A stretch of DNA of 42,163 nucleotides from the IMG/VR virus record IMGVR_UViG_3300032295_001565, positions 1 to 42,163 of that record; one strand, 5' to 3'. Source of the DNA: a virus. Its lineage: Duplodnaviria; Caudoviricetes. Shown here piece after piece: positions 18,660 through 26,900 of the stretch (its first letter is position 1; each line of letters starts with the position of its first letter). The position numbers and the translations under genes were made by a program. The notes beneath the pieces are model-generated. The model saw nothing but the letters and a program-made list of their open reading frames with translations. It ran no database searches and had not been told where the DNA came from.

Positions 18660-20860
18660 TATTTTGATTCTAAAGTTTCAATACGTGATTTTAGTGAATC
18701 GTTTTCTGCTTTTAACTCCTGTATTGCTTTTACTAATGGAGCAGTTATTTGTGCATAATTAATGCTTTCTTTTTGTAATCCTTTAGAAGCATCTTTTATG
18801 TCAATTTGACTAAATGTTACTAGTCTTTCATCAGGAAATTCTTCTGCTACAAAACCAACTTGAGCTAATCCATCTGATTTCATATTAAATTTCACAGCGT
18901 TTAATGACATGATAAAATCTAATCCAATATCAATAGGTTCAATATTTTCTTTGTATCTTATTGAAGATGATTTTTTATTAATATAACCACCTGATGTAAG
19001 TACTAAATCTGTGCCTGTTGATGTATCAAGAAATGGCATATATAATTGTCCATCATGATTAAAAAATCCAACTTGTCCGTTACTATTACCTTTTATTCTT
19101 AAGGATATATTACCACCTGTACCCCAACCCCCAACATCAACGGGGCCATCACTATTAATTCTCATTCGTTCGGTAGGTGCTCCTGCATTAGATGTTTGAA
19201 AAATCATAGTTCCACTTCTTGCAGTACCAACTTGACTTATATCAATAGTGCCAATTGTATTTTTAGAACCACCACCATTAGTGTAAAACTGAATTCCATA
19301 TCCTGCACCATTTGTATTGATGTTATGATAAGTAGAAATAAAGCCATCTTCAACTTGTAATTTAGTATTAGGACTACTCGTTCCTATACCTACATTACTT
19401 CCAGTAATAGTCATTGCAACTACAGCATTAGTAACATTAACAAAACGAAGTTGAGGAGATGCTACATTTGCATAAGCATCAATATACCAAGCAGTAGCGT
19501 TATCAGTACTTCTGCCAAAGCTTACTTGTCCACCTTCGTTACTTGAATCAACTCTACCTGCTTTAATTTCGCCGCCTACTACTTCAAATAGTTGGCTTGG
19601 ATTTGTTGTTCCAATACCTACTAATCCACTACTACTAACAAATAAAGCATTTGATCCTACTTGCAGTTGGGTGCCAGTAGATGAACTAATATAAGTACTA
19701 CCTGTAAAATTAGCAGGACCTACGTTATTAAGAGTACCACTACCACTTATAGTTAAAGAACCTGTTACTAATAAACTACCAGTAAATGAAGTTACGTTAC
19801 CTACAGTTGTAAAAGGACCTCCTATAATGTTTGACCATAAAGTAGAACCGCTAACAATACTTCCAGCTCTAGTAACGTTTGCAAACCCTTGAACAGGTTG
19901 TGTAAATGTTACTATAACACTGTTCGTATCTACTGACCTAATATTGTCAGGTTGAATTATTAATCTAGAGCCACTTTCCCATAGTGTTACAATTGGATAG
20001 TTTTCTCCTAAATTATGATTTAATGACCAAGTTGCAGAGGCAGATGGTATTGTAATTACAGTACCTGAATTATTATTTATACCACCACCTAAAGTAGCAA
20101 CAGCAGTTCCTGATGCTGAGTAAGCAAAAGTAATTGTTGTTGTATTAGCATTTACTGCTTGAATATTTGAAGGGATAATAACGTTGTTGTTGTTATCATA
20201 TACTTCAATTGCTGGGAATTGGTCACCAATATTATGAACAAATGACCAAGTAGCGGCAGGAACAGTTTGAGTTAATTTTCTAGTAGTACCAGCGTTGGTT
20301 ACATAGTAACCACCACCTGCTACAGCAGTAGCATAACCTGCTCTTGCAGTTGAAAAAAATATATTAATATTATTAGAACCAGATGGTATAATATTTAAAG
20401 GTTGAATTACAGCATTTGAAGCACTATCATACACTGTTATAATAGGATATGTTAATCCTAAGTTATGAGCAAACGACCAAGTTGTTGCTGGTGTTGTTTG
20501 GGTTAGTTGTGCTGTTGCTCCTAATACTGTTCCGCCTCCTGAACCTCCATTCATAGCAAAAGATGCTGTTAAAGCATAAGATGATGATACTACAGATGCT
20601 ACAAAAGACGCTGTAAAAGCAAAAGAAGAAGTTGAAGCAAAAGATGATGTTAAAGCATATGAGGCACTAATTGATGAAGCACCACTTACATAGGATGCTG
20701 TTAATGCTAGATTTGAATAAGATGCAGTTCCTGTTAAGTTACCAATAAATGATCCTGTAAATATAGAACCACTTACACTATTAGTTACAGATAAAGAACC
20801 GCTTACTGTTGAGTTAGCAAGCGCAATGACGCCATTGCGAGCAATAAATTCATTAGGCAT
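18659..20860 (-). CDS. Fibre protein with three HNLG-type repeats and C-terminal Peptidase_S74-like chaperone
   Basis: Three WS[FL].HN[LI]G..[YF]P.I repeats, VGIGT..P fibre repeats, SSSIRYKENI...GFVAEE...L.KAIQEL. Confidence 0.85.
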   Translation of the reverse strand: MPNEFIARNGVIALANSTVSGSLSVTNSVSGSIFTGSFIGNLTGTASYSNLALTASYVSGASSISASYALTSSFASTSSFAFTASFVASVVSSSYALTASFAMNGGSGGGTVLGATAQLTQTTPATTWSFAHNLGLTYPIITVYDSASNAVIQPLNIIPSGSNNINIFFSTARAGYATAVAGGGYYVTNAGTTRKLTQTVPAATWSFVHNIGDQFPAIEVYDNNNNVIIPSNIQAVNANTTTITFAYSASGTAVATLGGGINNNSGTVITIPSASATWSLNHNLGENYPIVTLWESGSRLIIQPDNIRSVDTNSVIVTFTQPVQGFANVTRAGSIVSGSTLWSNIIGGPFTTVGNVTSFTGSLLVTGSLTISGSGTLNNVGPANFTGSTYISSSTGTQLQVGSNALFVSSSGLVGIGTTNPSQLFEVVGGEIKAGRVDSSNEGGQVSFGRSTDNATAWYIDAYANVASPQLRFVNVTNAVVAMTITGSNVGIGTSSPNTKLQVEDGFISTYHNINTNGAGYGIQFYTNGGGSKNTIGTIDISQVGTARSGTMIFQTSNAGAPTERMRINSDGPVDVGGWGTGGNISLRIKGNSNGQVGFFNHDGQLYMPFLDTSTGTDLVLTSGGYINKKSSSIRYKENIEPIDIGLDFIMSLNAVKFNMKSDGLAQVGFVAEEFPDERLVTFSQIDIKDASKGLQKESINYAQITAPLVKAIQELKAENDSLKSRIETLESK

Positions 20861-20868
20861 ATATTAGT

Positions 20869-20892
20869 ACCTCAGTTCACTTTCCCTAAGGT
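20869..20892 (-). promoter_or_regulatory. 5' leader hairpin masking an SD-like GAGGT
   Basis: ACCTTAG-GGAAAGTGAA-CTGAGGT, 8 nt before the ATG at 20860. Confidence 0.45.
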
Positions 20893-20902
20893 GCGGGTTT
20901 AT

Positions 20903-20911
20903 TATAAATAT
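20903..20911 (-). promoter_or_regulatory. Putative late promoter ATATTTATA
   Basis: Motif immediately after the giant fibre stop. Confidence 0.6.
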
Positions 20912-20914
20912 TAA

Positions 20915-23900
20915 TTACATATAAGTAGCAATTGATCTAATAGTCCAACCTGATGTGTTAGTTTGGATATTAAATTGTGCTTGAGCAGATACAATTGATA
21001 CTGATGCTGTTACTGCATTTGTATTTCCTATATCTGTTGTAGATATATCAGTGTATGTTGCAGTTCCACCATTCCAAACAGCCATTACCTCACCTGTTCT
21101 TGCATTAGCTCCGTTGAATATTGTGTATTTGTAGAAACCAGATCTATAAGAACCTGTTGGTTGAGTAAATAAGTTATTTGCACCATTTATTGAAGATGCT
21201 ACAGAATAGTAATCAGTTAATGTTTGATCAAATACAAATGTACCATCAGTTCCTATTACAAAATCTTTAGCATACGATGATGTTGTAGCATAAGATGCTG
21301 AAGTAGCAACTAGGGCATATGATGACGTTAAAGCATTTGTAGCATAAGACGCTGTACCATTTAAAGTAGCTGTTATGCTTTGAGATACTATTAATGATCC
21401 TGTTATTATTACACTTCCATTAACATCTAAAGTAGCATTTAGTGAGCCTGATTTTTGGAGACCCATTCTAGATCCTGTAATAACAACATCAGCTTGTCCT
21501 AATGTGTTTGCAAACAAGAATAATGATTGAGAAACAGTTTCATTATTAGCATTACCAATAATTAAGTTACCACCTGTATTATATATGTAAGCATCATGAG
21601 CTCTACCTAATATAGCACCATCATAAGCATAAGCACCAGCACCACTATTATTGATACCCATATCAATATAGTAAGAAGTTGGTGTACCATCATCAGCATA
21701 AACTGCAAAGTCACCTGATGCTGATAAACCTGTGTTTGTATTTCTAACACTAAATTCTACATATCCGTTTTGGTTACCAACAAATTGACCTACTGTTTGG
21801 GTAGATGAAGTAACATATAATGTACCTGATACTAATTGATTGCCTATAAATGTGTTAGAACCAGTAGTTGCAAATGATCCTGTTTTAGCATTAATTGATG
21901 CTGTATAACTGTTTATAGAGGCAGTAAATAGTTGTAAAGATGCCGTTACTCTATTAAGAGAAGCAGTTTCAACTAATATATCAGCTATTGTTGCATTAAT
22001 ACTTGCAGTATAGTTGTTTATTGAAGCACTAAATGCATTTAAAGATGCTGTTTCAATTAATATATCAGCTATCATAGCATTATTAGATGCTGTATAACTT
22101 AAAATACTAGAGCTAAAGGTATTTAATGAACTTGTATAATTTTGGAATGAACCCGTTTGTACAAATTGCGTACTATCTAATTCATCTAACAAATTAGCAT
22201 TTAAAGCATAAGATGCAGTTAAATTATTTGTTACACTTCCTGATACTGAAATACTTCCACTTACTAATACTGAACCAGTAAATACTTGGTTATTAGAAGC
22301 TAAATTACCGAATATGTTTGATCCAGAGCTATATGTTTGAGAAGCAGTAACTGTTTGAACAACAATTCTTGTAACTGTTAAACTACCTTGAATTGTTTGA
22401 TCTGCAGTGAATATGTTAGAACCTGTAGTTGCAAAACTACCTGTTTTAGCATTTAAAGATGAAGTATATGATAATACACTAGCACTAAAGGCATTAAATG
22501 AAAGTACATTTGATGTATTAGATGCAGTATAGTTGTTAATTGATGCCGTAAACAGGTTAATTGAAGCAGTAGTATTTAAAATACTAGCACTAAAAGCATT
22601 AATTGATGAAGTATAGTTTTGGAATGAACCCGTTTGAACAAATTGAGTTGAATCTAAACTGTCTAACAAATCTGCATTTGAAGCATATGAAGCCGTTAGA
22701 GTATTAACTACACTTCCACTAACAGATATACTACCTGTTATTAATGTTGTTCCTATGAGTATAGTAGAACCTGTTACAATCAAACTACCTGTTACCTCTA
22801 AAGTATCTGAATTAAGACTAGCAATTGTTCCTGAACCTGATACAATTAAACTACCTGTAATAGTTTCAGTTCCTATAAAGTTATTTGAACCTGTAGTTGC
22901 AAAACTACCTGTTTTAGCGTTTATAGATGCTGTGTAACTTAGTAAAGATGCCGTTACTCTATTAAGAGAAGCAGTTTCAACTAATATATCAGCAATTGTA
23001 GCATTTATAGATGCAGTATAAGAATTAATAGATGCCGTGAAGCTGTATAGCGATGCTGTTGTATTGCCAAATACAGTATTATTAGAAGCAGTATATGATA
23101 AAATTGAGCTGCTAAAATTATATATTGAACTTATATTTGCATTGTTACTAGCTGTGTAATTTAGTATTGATGCCGTTTGAGCATTAATTGAAATTATATT
23201 AGCATTGTTACTTGCAGTATAAGATAAAATCGAAGCACTAAATTCATACAATGATGCTGTAGTAGTAAGTAAACTAGCTGTTTGCGCATTTAATGCGCTT
23301 ATATTAGCATTATTTGATGCAGTATATGATAATATACTAGCACTAAAAGCATTCAATGAGTTTGTAGCAGAATCAAATGATCCGGTTTGTACAAATTGTG
23401 TACTATTTAATCCATCAAGTAAATCAGAATTTGAAGCGTATGATGCCGTTCCTGCTAATGAACCTGTAAATGAAAACGCTGTTATTGAACCACTTACATT
23501 TAACGAACCACTTATTACTTGTGAACCTCTAAAGATGTTTGAACCTGTAGTTGCATATGAACCACTAATAACATTTATTCTATCATTAAATGAAGCTGAA
23601 TTAGTAGTAACGGATGCTGTAAAGTTATTTATTGAACTTGTATAGTTTTGGAATGAGCCTGTTTGTACAAACTGTGTACTATCCAATCCATCTAATAAAT
23701 CAGAATTTAATGCATATGAAGAACTTAAAGCATAAGATGAACTTAATACAGACATTGAAGATGTCTGATTAGTTAAAATTACATTACTATCATTTACAGC
23801 TAAAGAACCTGTAATAGTTACTGAACCAGTAAATTGTTGGGTGTTGCTTAAGTCATTACCAAATTTATTTGAACCTGTGTTGTAAGTAATAGATGAACTT

Positions 23901-26900
23901 ATATATTCTACTACTAATCTTTGAGCAGTAATAGTATCAGTTACAGTTAAATTACCCTGAATATTTTGATTACCTATAAAGGTATTAGAACCTGTTGTGG
24001 CATAAGAACCACTTATAGAATTAATTCTATCATTAAACGATGAAGATGCTACTAATGTAGATGATGTAAAGTTTAAAATAGAAGAAGAGAAGTTGTATAA
24101 AGATGCTGTTGCTCTATTAAGAGAAGCAGTTTCAATTAATATATCAGCTATCATAGCATTATTAGATGCTGTATAACTGTTTATAGATGCACTAAACAAA
24201 TTTAATGATGCTGTTGCCGATTGGAAATTAGTAACAGTAGCATTGTTAGATGCTGTATAAGAATTAATTGAAGCGCTAAACAAATTTAATGATACTAAAG
24301 TTGCATTAGATGCAGTAGTAAAACTATTAAATGAAGATGTTAAGGTATAATTACCAGCAAAAGATGCTGTATTAGAATTTGTTGCTTGAAGAGCATAAGA
24401 TGAACTTAAAGAATAAGATGAACTTATTGCATATAAGGCAGAAGAAGCACTTGTAGCATTTAATGGAGTACCATTTATCCAGTTTCCACCATCATATATT
24501 AGTGCCTGACCATTAGATGGGGTGGTTATAAGTACATCAGATAAATCTTCTAATGTTTGAGCTACAGCACCTCCACCAGAGGATCCTCCTGCTATATTTC
24601 TAAATATACCAGCATCAATTATTCTATTATTTACTGTATCTGTTAAGTTATTTGTTTGGCCTCTTAAAACTAAATAACCAACAAACACTAATGATTTAGC
24701 TGTAAATTCACCTTCTGTAAAAGGATCTGTTGCTAAATATTGTAAAGCATTTAATAAATTTGTGTAAGTTCCTGTTTGACCATAATAAACAACAACCCTA
24801 CCTGTTACTGGGTTAGCGAATACTCTTTGAATTTGCCAGTCACCAGATGACATTGTATTTAATATGCCTGTACCATCATCCCAATAATCAGGGTCTACTG
24901 TGTTATAAAAAGCACCTCCATTATTATCTAAATAAACACCAGATCCTGATCTCCAGGCTCTAGCAATAGATGCTGTTGCAAATCCATTTGATTCATAGTG
25001 TGATGGGCTGTTTGGATCTTGTGTATAAAAACCTCCTAAGTTATATGCTATACCATCTCCAATTCCAAATCTTAAAGATCCTGTTTGTGGTAAAATTGAA
25101 AACCCACTTACTTTAATAGGTCCAAATGCTCTAATAAAGTCATTTTGTTGGGTATCATTGTCGTATGTTGTTTGAACGTTACTACCAACACCAGTAATAG
25201 ATACATAGTTTGGATGGGTAACTCTACCTAATGGTATTGCTTGTTCATACAGTGTTTGATTAAAGAATGATGTTTGTTGAAATATATTTCCACTAGCATC
25301 AACATATAAATAAGTATTTTGAGAAGATGTTAAGTATGTAGCGGATGCTGTATATGCAGGCCATTTAACATAATTAACAACAGGGCTAATTTCAGATCCT
25401 GTATTAGCATTCATATTATTTATGATACCAGCACCTGGAGTTATATAAATATAACTGCCACTGTATGTTATAGAACCACCATACAATAAACCTGAACTTA
25501 ATCCACCTTCTAACCATTTAAATTTTACAAGGTTATTACTTTGTCTATAATATAAATCATATCCGGTTGAAGTATTTGATTCGGATGTAAATAAGAACGA
25601 TGAGGATAGGTTTTGTAAACCTGGGTCTGTAGCTGGGTCTAATCTTAAGGTTCCTCCTATGGAGAGATTAGCTTGAGCTGCTACTGAACCTGAGATGACA
25701 ATACTACCTGATAGTGAAGTATTGCCTAATAAATTGTTATTACCAATTTGAGTAGTAGAGCCAGATACTATTAAAGAACCAGTAATAGTAGTATTAGAGT
25801 TTACTCTAAATCCATAAGCAGGATCTACAGATGCTGTAACACTACCACTAGCTATTTGAGCTAAATTTAATCCAACAATTCCCGAAGCAGGAATACTGTA
25901 TAATCCACTACCATCACCTTTAAAACTACCTGTAAATGAACCTGTAGCATAAGATGAAGTAAATAAATTTATTGAAGCAGAAAATCTATTTAATGAAGCA
26001 GTAGCTGCTTGTAAGGATGCTGTTTCAACTAATAAGTCTGCAATTGTTAAGTTTGTACTTGCAGTATATGAATTTATAGATGCACTAAAACTATAAATTG
26101 AGTTTATACTTGCATTATTTGATGCAGTATAAGAATTGATAGAAGAAGTAAAGCTATTTAATGAACTAGTATAGTTTTGGAATGAACTCGTTTGTACAAA
26201 CTGTGTACTATCTAATCCATCAAGTAAATCTGAATTTAATGAGTATGATGAACTAAATGCTTGGGATGCAGATATTGCTTGTGAAGCAGACATCGCATAA
26301 GATGCAGTTAAGTTATTTATTACACTTCCGCTAACAGATATACTTCCACTTACAAGTACTGAACCTGTAAATACTTGATTGTTGCTAGCTAAATTACCAA
26401 ATATATTTGAACCTGAACTGTAAGTTTGAGATGCAGTTACAGTTTGAACTACAATTTTATTTACAGTTAAAGTGCCTTGTATTGTTTGGTCTGCTGTAAA
26501 TATGTTTGAACCTGTAGTTGCAAAACTACCTGTTTTAGCATTTATAGATGCGGTATAACTGTTTATAGAAGCACTAAAGGCATTAAATGAAAGTACATTT
26601 GATGTATTAGATGCAGTATAGCTATTAATAGAGGCAGTAAATAAGTTTAATGATGTTGTTGTTGCTAATATTGAAGCACTAAATGCATTAATTGATGAAG
26701 TATAGTTTTGGAATGAACCCGTTTGAGTAAACTGAGTTGAGTCTAATCCATCTAACAAATCAGCGTTATTAGCATAAGATGCAGTACCAAATATTGAACC
26801 TGTAATACTACCACTTACAACTAATGAGCCTGTAATTGTAGTAGAACCAGATACAATTAATGAACCTGTTAACACTAATGTATCTACATTTGCTGTAAAT

